From the NCBI GenBank assembly GCA_043228905.1, contig JBHGNT010000006.1:11160001-11224000 (forward strand): a stretch of DNA of 64,000 nucleotides, given 5' to 3'. Source of the DNA: Azolla caroliniana (taxonomy: Eukaryota > Plantae > Polypodiophyta). Position 1 is the first letter of the stretch, and each line of letters opens with the position of its first letter. This document shows positions 1 to 10,367 of this stretch, in pieces. Under the pieces are notes generated by a model. That model saw only the letters and a list, made by a program, of their open reading frames with translations, made no database searches and had not been told where the DNA came from. The position numbers and the translations under genes are program-made.

Positions 1-2071
1 AACGGTCATCTAAAGGATAAGCAAATTTAATGGCGAGGACGTCACCCAGTTCCTTGAGGTCTACGAATACGAGATGGCCAGTAGAGGGGCAACCGGGGTA
101 CAAATGGTGTCGCATATCAACCGGGTTTGCACACTTGATGTCTGAGCGAGGGTAACGGAATTATCGGAGAAATTTTGTGAAGATTGGCCTAGGTTTCATC
201 AAGCATTGCTTGATGAATATATGCTAGATGACCAGACCAGAATGTCAAAGAAAAGCTTTCTCGAATGGATCGAGAAAGGGGGTAAAGGACTCTTAGTGTT
301 AGAGTTGTTGAGAGAGTTCGAGAAAAGATATAATGAGCTCTCGGTGAAAGACCGAGAACTATTACAATTAGAGAAAGTGGATTTATTCGTTCGAGCGACA
401 GATAAATCTTTTAGAAAAGATATCACCATCCTTCTAGAAGACCGGACAAGCACAACCAGTTTGGTGTCCGATTGGGCAGAAGTACTCGAGGCTTGTCAAG
501 TACTAAGAAAGAGGGCGCCAAGGATAGAGGATAGCTATGACAATAGAATAAAGACAACAGCCAGAGAACATCCAAAACAAGAATCAAGAACTCGAACGGA
601 TGATAGCAAAGGAAAGGAGCCAAAATCTGCGATTGATGAACTGATAAAGGGAATGCGGGATCTACAACTCAAGTTCACAAAACTTGAGAAGGGTGAAAGC
701 TCGGGTGTTCAACAAAAGCCCAATGAATGAGAAAAGGTTGAATTCGTCCACCGATGCATATGGTGCAATAACACGGAGCACCAAAAAAGGGATTGGCAGA
801 GCCATAAGGAAGCATTAGAAAGAAATGTTATCTTCTATCAAAATGGGAGAATCCACTCCTCGGAGACCCGACAACCCCTAAAAACCAACTTTGGCAAAGG
901 TGGGATGAAGAATGTGATGGAGGAAGAAGAGTCGAAGAATGTTCAAACAATGTGCTTTTCGACTACTTCCGGATTGAAGGTCGACGATCCCTAGATTGGA
1001 TCAGGATTCTGGGGAACAATGATAAAGTCCGCTACTGACAAAAGAGTCCAACCACAGGACTTGCGAAAGGTCAACGACGAAATGAGGAATAGTACTGGGT
1101 GGGATCACCCTGTAGATTCACTCACAACAATCACAAAGATAGCAGGGGTGAATGCCCACGAAGTGACAGTCGAAGAAAAGAGAAGGAAAACTGAAGAAGT
1201 GGGACCTTCTAGAAAACCCGAGAACAAAAGAGATGAGAAACTGAAAGAGTTGCTGCAGAGGCGATGAAAGAAGACAAAGGTAAGCAAAAGATAGCCCCGT
1301 CATTCAAACTCGCCTCCGACATCGAAACATGTGCTAGAATCAAGGATTCTAGATAGTAAAGTTGAGTTAACACTCCGAGAAGTACTAGGGATCGCGAAGA
1401 AGGAATTTCATGAAGTGATTATTGATGTGATCCGGAGAAAAAGACAAGTGGTTGAAGAAATGGGTGGAGTAAATACCAACATGATACAGGAGGAAGATGA
1501 AGATACAAAGATTGCATTGTTAGCGGGGGTACGAAGTGCGGACATGCAGTGTAGTCATGAAGAGGAAAGAAGCCATTACACCCGCACACACTAGGCTCGG
1601 GCGACAACTGAGGCTCCAATCAGAATTGGAGATTAGATGGAACTATCTGTGGCACTCATCAACCACGGCTCCGAGATTAACATCATATCATCTGATTTCT
1701 ACAATCGCGGGAGATGACCAATAGAGAGAAACCACGGGTCGAAGGTCAGAGCAGCGACCGAGGTCATAGAGGATTTATGTGGCGCATGCCCCAATATTAA
1801 AGTTACAATTGGGGACGTATCAATAGATCAAAACTTCTTTGTCCAAGAGAAGAAGTCATTTTATCCAGTAATCCTAGGGCAATCGTACATCACAACAATA
1901 CGAATGGAGACTAAAGTGATTGATAACGGAGCAACATTTGCTAGGATTCAGAGTTAGGATGGGAAAAGGTCGGTACAGTTCCTTATTGTTCGACCAAATC
2001 ATGAAAGGAATAAGGAGCATCTACGGGATCATCCACTACGAGATGTGGGGGAATTCGTACAGGATTTCTAG
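1..2071 (+). pseudogene. gag-protease pseudogene (stops and frameshifts)
   Basis: ORF pieces 206-730, 1019-1267, 1331-1594; CIWC...H knuckle ~755-800; protease-like NHGSEINI ~1660; ends QDF* at 2071. Confidence 0.8.
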
Positions 2072-2667
2072 AGCGGGCCCTTACAAAAAGGGGTTGTGAT
2101 GGTCTGAGGGAGGTAAGAAGCCCCAATCATAGCATTGAAGATAAAGGTAAATTATATGTTGTGTCGATAAGTGGTGCAACTATAATAGAAGATTTCAAAG
2201 GAAATAAATTCCGAAAAATAGAAAAAGATTTACAAGGTAGAGGCATGATAGATTCAGAAGAAAAAATAGTGAATATATTTGAAGAATATTGTTTTAAAGA
2301 CACAGTAGGAGAGTTGGAGTCTCTAACGACAGAAGATGATGAAGTTGAAGTTTTGTAAACTCCATTGAGATGTTCAGAACCATCAAGGAGTATCTTCAAA
2401 ATGTAGAAGCTCGAATAAACACAAAGCACAAAACGGTGGTTTGGGCCTTACGAAGTATGGAAGGTGACTGATAAGGCTACCTACTTGCATGAGTTGGATC
2501 GGACTCAAGTATAGACGCCGATTGCGGGAAAAAGAATAAAGATTTTTAAAAGAAGAGAAGACACCGAAGCTAATCCCATAGAAAATGAGGATGAAGAATG
2601 TTTCAAAGAGGATAAAAATGAAGTGGTGTGAACTCGCCCATAAGTGCGCAAGTTTAGAGGGGGTGGG

Positions 2668-3066
2668 TGTCGTGAAGTTATTGCTTCACGATGTCAAAAC
2701 AATGTCAAAACAATGTCAAAAATCTATAGAAAGAAATTTCTTATATGGAGCTTGTGACAAGGAGCATGTGCAAATTTTTGGTTCGTGAATTGGACTTTAG
2801 GAGCCCAAGATACAAGCTTCGGAAGGATTAATGTTACTCAGGACACAAATGTAATTATGTCAAAAGGGGGAGTCAAAATTAAATGAGGGCTATCTCTATA
2901 AATTCTCAAATGTACAACTACAAAATCGAATTTGTCGAATCAATCAATAAAATAATAGTAAATATAAATAAATAAGTAATACCAACCGTCTCAAGAGGGT
3001 GGTAGGGCGGTTTACCACCCTATATAAGCCACGCCCATGGTGGCTAAAGAAGGGAATCACATTGTA
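2668..3066 (+). repeat. 3' LTR (partial) of first element
   Basis: TG start directly after PPT, same TGTCGTG terminus as the J LTRs; TATATAA at ~3020 preceded by hairpin AGGGTGGTA...TACCACCCT. Confidence 0.65.
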
Positions 3067-3840
3067 GGATGATGAAATTTGTTTGATGAACCACTTTATT
3101 GGAATGTTGTTTGTCTCCTTAACACAAATGATAATGAGTTGACAAAATGGGTAGTCAATGTAGTTTACATTTCTTAAGCATGGATTATGCTACTATAATC
3201 TTCATTTGCTTTCATACTATTGTCATGTAGTGTGAGGTTTGAGCATGCAATATTCATGTCATGAGCCTAACTATTGGCTCGTTATCTCTAACTCCAAGAA
3301 ATCAGTTGATCTCTAACTCTCTTGTGCAAATAAAAATTCATTTGAAAAAAATAATCGTCGACCAACTTTTACTCATGCAAGATGGAATCGTTATTTGTTG
3401 CGAACCCAACTCCACATGTAATTGTTCCACAATTTTGACGACTTGCTAATACATGTAGATCACTTGCCAACTCCTAAGTTTCTAGTTCCAATAAACGTTT
3501 GAAGAGTAGGCACATTTTTCCATATACAAAGGCAAGTTGTTTTCACTTCTCATGCATGCATATTTGTCCTAAGGTAGAGATGACACTTAAGCTATGATCT
3601 CTTCTTTGGCCTTGCAAGTCTTTTCAACCTCTCAAAAGATGTAATTACAACTTACTTTCATTCTCTAAGAACTTGCTTTTTTATACTTGGCATATCTAGG
3701 GAGTAGTCAAAACAAGGGCTAAAGGATCCAAGAGAACATTCAACACTAGGTTAGGGTTTATTTACTAATTTCTTGGGTCAAGTTTGTCAAGCTAGTTATA
3801 TACTTGATACACTTCACTCTAACCTATGTTTAAGACTAAT

Positions 3841-4120
3841 GGGCCGTGCGATTTGGAAACTTATCATGATTCACCGCAATACCGGGCAAGCCCGCATCGG
3901 CCTTTTATCTAATAAATGTGTCCCTTCCAAAAGTCGGGAGTTGGTACACGTATTAGCTCTAGAATTGCTACGGTTATCTGAGCAGCAAGGTACTATCAAA
4001 GAAACTATAACTGATTTAATGAGGCATTCACAATTTCACAGTACAAAAGAGTTTATACTTACACATGTATGGCTTAATCTTTGAGACAAGCATATGACTA
4101 ATGGCAGGATCAACCGGGTA
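3841..4120 (-). rRNA. 18S rRNA 5' fragment (~nt 1-280), decayed pseudogene
   Basis: Minus strand reads TACCCGGTTGATCCTGCCATTAGTCATATGCTTGTCTCAAAGATTAAGCCAT...CGTAGCAATTCTAGAGCTAATACGTG...AATCGCACGGCCC, the 18S 5' end with many substitutions. Confidence 0.95.
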
Positions 4121-4442
4121 GCTATCCTCCGTTACACATGCAACCCAAAACAGGGTCGAGTGCTCAGAATATGTTACGCACGACGTCGCCAAACGACAAT
4201 GCCACATTGCCCACGTCATCTTACATGGAGCAACCCGAGGCTAAGACAAATTAAAGGAACGAGAAAACAAGAATCCCTCATCTCGCACCGAACCTAACCT
4301 TGTCGAGGGCAATCGACAACCCCCCAACGAGATGCCTCCAGTAGGGGCAAGGACCGTCTGAAAGGTGATAGGGGTCCCTAAACCTTGCCACGATTCATGA
4401 TTGTGCCACATTTCATGAGTCAAGGCCCTTGCTACGCTACAG
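4121..4442 (-). other. Putative 5' external transcribed spacer (ETS) contiguous with the 18S fragment
   Basis: Positional inference only: non-TE, higher-GC sequence directly upstream of the 18S 5' end. Confidence 0.45.
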
Positions 4443-4501
4443 TGTCGTAGTGTAATTTGCACACTACGTGAAAATTGCATTTTTGTCCCTCTGGATGGGA
4501 C

Positions 4502-4815
4502 AAGGAGGAACCGGTAAGGAGGAACCGGTAAGGAGGACCCAGTAAGGAGAATCGGTGAGAACCGGATGAAGGAGGGACCAACAAGGAGGAACCGGTAAGG
4601 AGGACCCGGTAAGGAGAATCGGTGAGAACCGGATGAAGGAGGCACCGGCAAAGAGGAACCAGCAAGGAGGAATCGGTAAGGAGAACCGGTGAGAACCGGA
4701 TGAAGGAGGGACCGGCAAGGAGGAAACAGCAAGGAGAACCCGGTAAGGAGGGACTGGCAATGAGGACCCGGTAAGAACCGTATCAAGAAGAACCGACAAG
4801 AGTCGGATAAAGGAG
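4502..4815 (+). repeat. Tandem repeat block in LTR A (AAGGAGGAACCGGT-like ~14-bp units)
   Basis: Visible periodic units; shorter version at ~43537-43772 in the 3' LTR. Confidence 0.85.
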
Positions 4816-4879
4816 GCCAGTGAGAGTCTCTCACCGAATGAAGAGACAAATTTGTAAATAGAAGAAAAGATTGTTACAT

Positions 4880-4951
4880 GCATAGGGCAGGATTCAAACC
4901 CTATACCTCCACGTAGACAAACCCCAACCTTACCATTGTACTAACTTATCC
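4880..4951 (-). ncRNA. tRNA-like Pol III cassette inside LTR A (not a canonical tRNA)
   Basis: A-box TAGTACAATGG, B-box GGTTTGAATCC, 72 nt, TTTT ~11 nt downstream; anticodon arm does not pair. Confidence 0.6.
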
Positions 4952-5470
4952 TAAGTGTTTCAAATATAGATTTAATACATATAAGACCTTTATTTACGCC
5001 TACCTTTAGAATGCGTGAATACTTTATTTATAAGAAAAATGTACACCAATAAAAAATTACTTGTGCACATCTGGCGAGCATGACCACTATATTTAGGAAA
5101 TAAAAGCATAGTGTAAAAAGCAGCTCATGCACATTTAGTGTGCATAAACACTTTAGAAAATGCATGAAGCTATGCTTAGCCTCTTCCATACTTATATAAG
5201 GAGGAGAGAAAGATGTATGGTGTTGTTGATTATTTTACAAGGATTGATCAATCTAATATATTCATGGGATTCACGAGTTTATCATCAAAATTCTCTTTCT
5301 TACAATCTAAATATTCATTAAATACACTAAACATGTGGGATTCACAAGTTTTATTTCTTAGTTCTCTTCATAACTAGCTTTATATTGTATTCTTCTTTCT
5401 CCTAGTCCAAAACCTCAGTGGTTCCCACCCGACTCACGCAACGATCCGGAGCCGAACTGCATGACACGAG

Positions 5471-5487
5471 TGGTGAACCCGACGTGA
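5471..5487 (+). promoter_or_regulatory. Primer binding site, tRNA-Trp
   Basis: TGGTGAACCCGACGTGA is complementary to the plant tRNA-Trp 3' end as I recall it (TCACGTCGGGTTCACCA); 4 nt from LTR end. Confidence 0.85.
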
Positions 5488-5504
5488 AACCGGGTGGCAA
5501 GGAG

Positions 5505-6482
5505 ATGGAAAATCAACAGGGGGCTAACAACATGATGGCGATGTTTGAGCGGATGCTACAAGAACAACGCGCAATGTTGGAGATTGCGGCGGTAGTAGAG
5601 CGGCTTGTGCAATGGAATGGGCAATTCAACGGAAAAGACGTGTCGCGATATTTGCGAGGTTACAAGGTAGAAATGCTACGGTGCAGTATTTCAGAAGGAC
5701 TGCAAGTGACATCGTTCAACCGGGTGCCGACCGACGGGCTTTAAGGGAGTATCCACGGGATATGGCAGCAAAATCCGACGTGGGAGGCATTTGAAGAGGC
5801 GCTAAAGACCACGTTCGCCATCGACAACTCCTCCAAGGCAACGAGGAGGGGATTCGAAGATTGGGTGGAAACACCGGATAATAGGATGAAGGTCCTCGAT
5901 GTGTTTTTGTCATTTGAAATTCGGTTCGAGAGGTTGTCTACGAGAGATCAAGCTATCCTCGCACTGGACAAAGTGATCATGTTCCTACGAGCCGTGGACA
6001 TCTGGGACCGGAAAGATCTTGGAGTACTTTTAGAGGACACGACCACTAAGAGTTGCCTCACTGAAACATGGGAAAGCGTGCGGGATATCATCGCGCGATA
6101 CAAGAAGAGGGGGCAATGGCTTGCTAGCGAAGAAAAGAGGGTTTCAGAACCGATTCCGAAACTGAGATCTGGATTGGAGGACCATCAACCGAGGGCTCAG
6201 GAGACTACGACCGAGAAGGGAATCGATGCAACCACGATGGAGCGTTACAACGGGATCTTATCTACCACGAGGGAAATCGAATCCATTCAATGGACTCTCA
6301 GAAGCCACTCCGACCAAACTTCCGGAAAGGCGGCATGAAGAAGGTCCTAGAGGAGGAAATAGCGGCGAAAGGTAATTATGCGACAACTGCGGGAATAAGT
6401 GTGGGTGAGTCATCGGGAACAAAGGCGTCTTTTTGGCCGAATGTGCTAGAAAACCTTGAGAAAACCAACTCCAATGAGATCT
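5505..6482 (+). pseudogene. gag of A, 5' part
   Basis: GQFNGKDVSRYL motif shared with J and the first element; broken ORFs 5418-5744, 5865-6338, 6290-6520. Confidence 0.8.
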
Positions 6483-6897
6483 TGTTGAGTGGCAAGCTCA
6501 ACCGGATCCAGATTGGCTGAATAAGCCTGAGCTAGATTGAGATTCGGAAGGATGAGTCGGATTGGTGAGCCGGTGAGCTGGGGAGCCGGTTAGCCGGATC
6601 CAACAGTAACCGGAAGCCTAGTAGCAACCTAGACTACTAGGTAGTTAATGTCTCTAGTTAGTGTCAGACGCTCATGTGAACATTGAAGTACACCGTACTT
6701 CTGTCAGTCCTCCTAGGACTTGTATAAATAGTGTTGTTGAGCACGTTGTATGTATAGAGTTTTAGAGTTATTTTGAATAGAGTTTTTATGTTATGCTCTC
6801 TCTGTCTCTCCTGCGTACCCTCTGTGTGATAATCTCTCTCTCTGTGGCTACCCGGCTAGGCTGGTTTGTCTGACGCTTCCGCACATAATCTTTTACA
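6483..6897 (+). repeat. 5' LTR of B (type 1)
   Basis: TGTTGAG...TTTTACA, TATAAATA at ~6723. Confidence 0.9.
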
Positions 6898-6909
6898 TGG
6901 TATCAGAGC
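6898..6909 (+). promoter_or_regulatory. PBS tRNA-iMet
   Basis: TGGTATCAGAGC directly after LTR. Confidence 0.92.
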
Positions 6910-6989
6910 ATGAGGGTTGAGAACCTCTGCAGCCGACATCAACATCTGGAGACAAACCCTGAGACCCGGTAAAAACAGAAAGAGAAGTG

Positions 6990-7458
6990 ATGGACAGAGG
7001 AATGGCTAGCTCGCTCCTGGTGGAGAAGGTCGACAGATCCAACTACGCATCTTGTTCATACAAGATGCACCAGTACCTGCTTGGGCATGGTTACTAGAGC
7101 TATGTTGACAGAGTTAACGACACAACACCTGATGCGGCACACAAGGACTTCCCAGTGTGGGAACAAGCGACAAGCAGAATGATGTGCTGCTTCGCGTCCA
7201 GTGTCAGACACCAACTGCTAAGCCATATCCGAGATGCTAAGACACCAAAAGAAGCTTAGGGAAACCTGAAGAAGGTTTTTGCCGCAAGCACAACGACCAG
7301 GAAGCTGCAGCTTAGGCCGGAGCTCAGCAATGTCCAACAGCAAAATCTGTCTATAGCCGATTACACAGCCCGAATCAAAGAGACTTGTGACTCACTTGCC
7401 TCTATCAACGTCACTGTAGAGGAAGATGAGATGGTGCAGATCTGTTTTGGGGGCCTAG
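6990..7458 (+). pseudogene. Copia gag 5' part (B)
   Basis: MDRGMASS..EKVDRSNY, homologous to F gag 35816-36355; contains stops; cut by C. Confidence 0.85.
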
Positions 7459-7914
7459 TGTTACGGGCATGACCATTTAATATCCCGTGGTGAGAATTTA
7501 CCGTAGTATTCTATACACGTGGATAAGTGTGAGGGTTAAACGAGAGTGTAAAGAAGGGGAGGATTACTTTTAATCCTCGGGATTGAGACAACCCATTAGG
7601 TCAAGTGTGAACTTGCCTGGGGGCCTTGGGTATCGCTATAAATAAGAGGCCTAGCTACCCTCATTTGATCATCTTTTTGACTACATCGAGACTCTGCTCT
7701 TGTGGTGGGTCAACTCTTGTAGCGAGCGTGCCAGCACCAGGTACGACTCGACGCCACGACGGTGGTATGGGACGCCGATTGAGGCTCGAGTCCGTCTCGA
7801 TCCCTTCGCTCGGGGGTGGTCGGGTGGATTGGCACCCTTCTTTCTCTTTCTCCTTTCTATCTATCATTTGTTTATCCTTATCTTAAGCTTACTTTAGTAC
7901 TTCGATCTCTAATA
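7459..7914 (+). repeat. 5' LTR of C (TG...TA ends)
   Basis: Direct repeat of 13272-13727. Confidence 0.93.
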
Positions 7915-8164
7915 TTTGGTATCAGATTTATGTACTAATGTTTCTTTGTTTTTCATTTGTCTTTTGATTGATGTTGATCGATCGATGTGTGGTCGACCTT
8001 GATCCAGACAACGATCAACAAAGAACTTCGGTAACTCTTTCCATAATTTTTTTTTCTATTCTCTCTTCTCCCATCTAATCATGTGTTTAGTTTATATGTC
8101 AATTTTTTTCATTAAGTCAATGATGATGTAGTGGTCTTTAATTGATTATCTAAAACGTTCACAT

Positions 8165-8430
8165 ATGTGCACGAGGTCGATACCTCGTTTGACATATTAA
8201 TAATATGTGATGAGTGTCGTATGCGTACGAGGTTAATACCTCAATTACGTATTACGTTCACGAACATATGTTACGTTTGCGTATGCCTTTAATGTCTTGA
8301 TTTGTTGTAAACGATATGCGATTGGTTTCGTAAGCATAAGAGGTCAATACCTCAATTGCGTATTACGATGATCTCTTATTTGAGGATGTTTTGTGTGCGT
8401 AGAGGTATATACCTCGATTACGTATCTCGA
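8165..8430. repeat. Four interspaced palindromic hairpins GAGGT-N4-ACCTC
   Basis: Copies at 8173, 8229, 8340, 8402 with dissimilar spacers. Confidence 0.75.
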
Positions 8431-9604
8431 TCACATCATTGGTGGCTATTTAATATAACGATATGTTAATATAGGCATATATGGTCACGTATATACGTAT
8501 TTGATCGTATATATGTGATAAGTAAACATATGTGTATTTTCGTTATTACGTGATTATATCGAAAGTTGTCCTTGTCGGGAAGAGGATGTTGGTGGCTGTC
8601 CTCACATTTTTGTGAGAATGGCATTGTCACCATCCCTTTTTCAACAATTTTATATTGTTGACAACCCCGTTGATGATCTCGATTTCATTACGTAAAGAAA
8701 TGCCAATAGCCATAATGATGTTGAGTACGTAGGGCTTGACCCACTTCAAGTGAGGTCGCTCCAATGACGCACGTATCCAACATCCCTCCCTCGTTACATG
8801 GATACGATGCCACCATGAGCTCGTTCTTACGAGAGGCATTCGTAATGACGTGACCATGTGATGGGCCACGTGGGCCTACTACGAAACGAAGGCTCATTTG
8901 GCTTGACCATTAGGTTGCAATTTGGCGTATGCCATCGTAATTACGAGACTTGAGTTTAGGTAACGTACCAACATAGTTTTGGTAAATGAGGGCGAAATAA
9001 GGACCCTTGAAATATATGTTCTTTTAAAAAAAAACATATATGATCAATTGCCTCGCATATCTCTTATACGCATCAAACATTAAGCATTCGAGAAGAGCAA
9101 CTTATTTGGTTCGCTCAAGTGTTTAATGTATTTGTTCTCGAGGTCTCGAGTTCAAATATGACTAAGACCATACAACATCCTTGATACATATGACTATAAC
9201 ACATGTTTAGACTTAAGGTCTAAGTGCATCTCGGGGTCCTCGTAATAGGACTTAAAGAGCCGAAACCACATATGTGGGCACCGAAACATAGTTTATTGTT
9301 AACATTTTTCTCGTGTATAAACAATTCATGATGCGAACATACATGGTTGAGCCTCAGGGAGCCACCATGAAAAAATCGATATAGAGATCAGGGAAAGACA
9401 TTTATTTGTCACCCCCATGGTTTTTAAAACACTTTTGTGTTACCATAGTAACCTAATCTTGAACCTCATCTCATACGTCTAGAGGGGTATTGACGTGAGA
9501 TAATGATATCGATTAATGCTCGCCCATGATATGTTTACATCACGACATGATGTTATGACTATATCTCTGACCTTTTCCTATTTCTTTTCCAGAAATAATC
9601 TTTA

Positions 9605-10367
9605 ATGGCTCAAATTAACGACCCGATGTCATCCACTCAAGCGGAAGGAACTCAAGGGAATCCTCCTGGACAAATGTCCACTGAGATGTATTTGGCACAA
9701 ATAACCCAATACCTTAGTTTCACCGCTCAACAGATGACCGAACTTCGGCAATCTCAGAGTGCTCTTGAGGCATGTGTCATTAGTCTACAACATGAGACTA
9801 ATAGACCTGATGAGCGACAAGGTGAACCATCATTTGTCGTTAAGCCATTTACGGGAGACAAAAAGGAAAGAACCGAAGAAGCAATCTGCACATGGTTGGG
9901 ACGATGGGAGTCTCATTTTGAGCTCTATCCCACGCCAGATAGTACGAAGATTGCATATGTCGGTCGAGAACTCGGGGGTAAGGCCGCCGCCTGGTGGCGT
10001 GGGCTTCGTACTATGGGGAAATTGCCCGATACCTGGATAGATTTTGTCACGGTTTTTAAGGGCCAATTTCTGCAACCTCCCTCCCGAACCGAGGCAGCAC
10101 AAGCTTTAATGAACCTCTCTAGCAGGAAATTTTCCTCGCTAGAAGACTATGTTCACCATGCTAGAACCCAAATCCAAAAATCGGGTCTAGAAGGGGACAA
10201 TTGGTTGATAGCTTGTTTTGTCAATGGCATCCCTAATTCGGACTATCACTGGATAGTGCACGATAAGGATCCAAAATCCTTCGAAGAGGCCGTTGAAATA
10301 GTTCTTCACTATCAACGCACTTCGAAGAAGGCCCACAACAAACCCAACGAAGCGCCCGGGACTAAGC
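9605..10367 (+). pseudogene. gag of C, C-terminally truncated by inversion
   Basis: Retrotransposon gag features KPFTG..., LGGKAAAWW, TWIDFVTVFKGQF, FVNGI; ORF runs on into inverted sequence. Confidence 0.85.

Larger units (their letters stand above)
1..3066 (+). mobile_element. Degenerate Ty3/Gypsy element of the A/J clade; 5' end lies outside the window, RT/RH/INT deleted, 3' LTR truncated (right end approximate)
   Basis: Gag-PR homologous to 5505-6482/28192-28963 and 57135-59201 (LKTNFGKGGMK, FKLASDIE, NHGSEIN); integrase tail RWFGPYEV...IAGKRIKIFK at ~2435-2550; PPT AGAGGGGGTGGG then TGTCGTGAAG at 2668. Confidence 0.85.
4443..5466 (+). repeat. 5' LTR of A
   Basis: TGTCGTAG...CATGACA; homologous to 43478-44422; TATA-like at ~5194. 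Confidence 0.92.

Noticed and set aside
3067-3840. Possible decayed transposase on the minus strand
   Set aside because: No convincing motif or sustained frame by eye; left unannotated
3841-4120. Functional rDNA unit
   Set aside because: Only ~280 nt, many substitutions at conserved sites, no rest of 18S/ITS/5.8S
4241-4883. Minus-strand ORFs of 139-202 aa (also 43402-43839)
   Set aside because: Stop-free by-products of the LTR tandem repeat
8165-8430. CRISPR-like appearance of palindromic repeats with unique spacers
   Set aside because: Eukaryotic retrotransposon leader, degenerate repeats, irregular spacing, no cas genes
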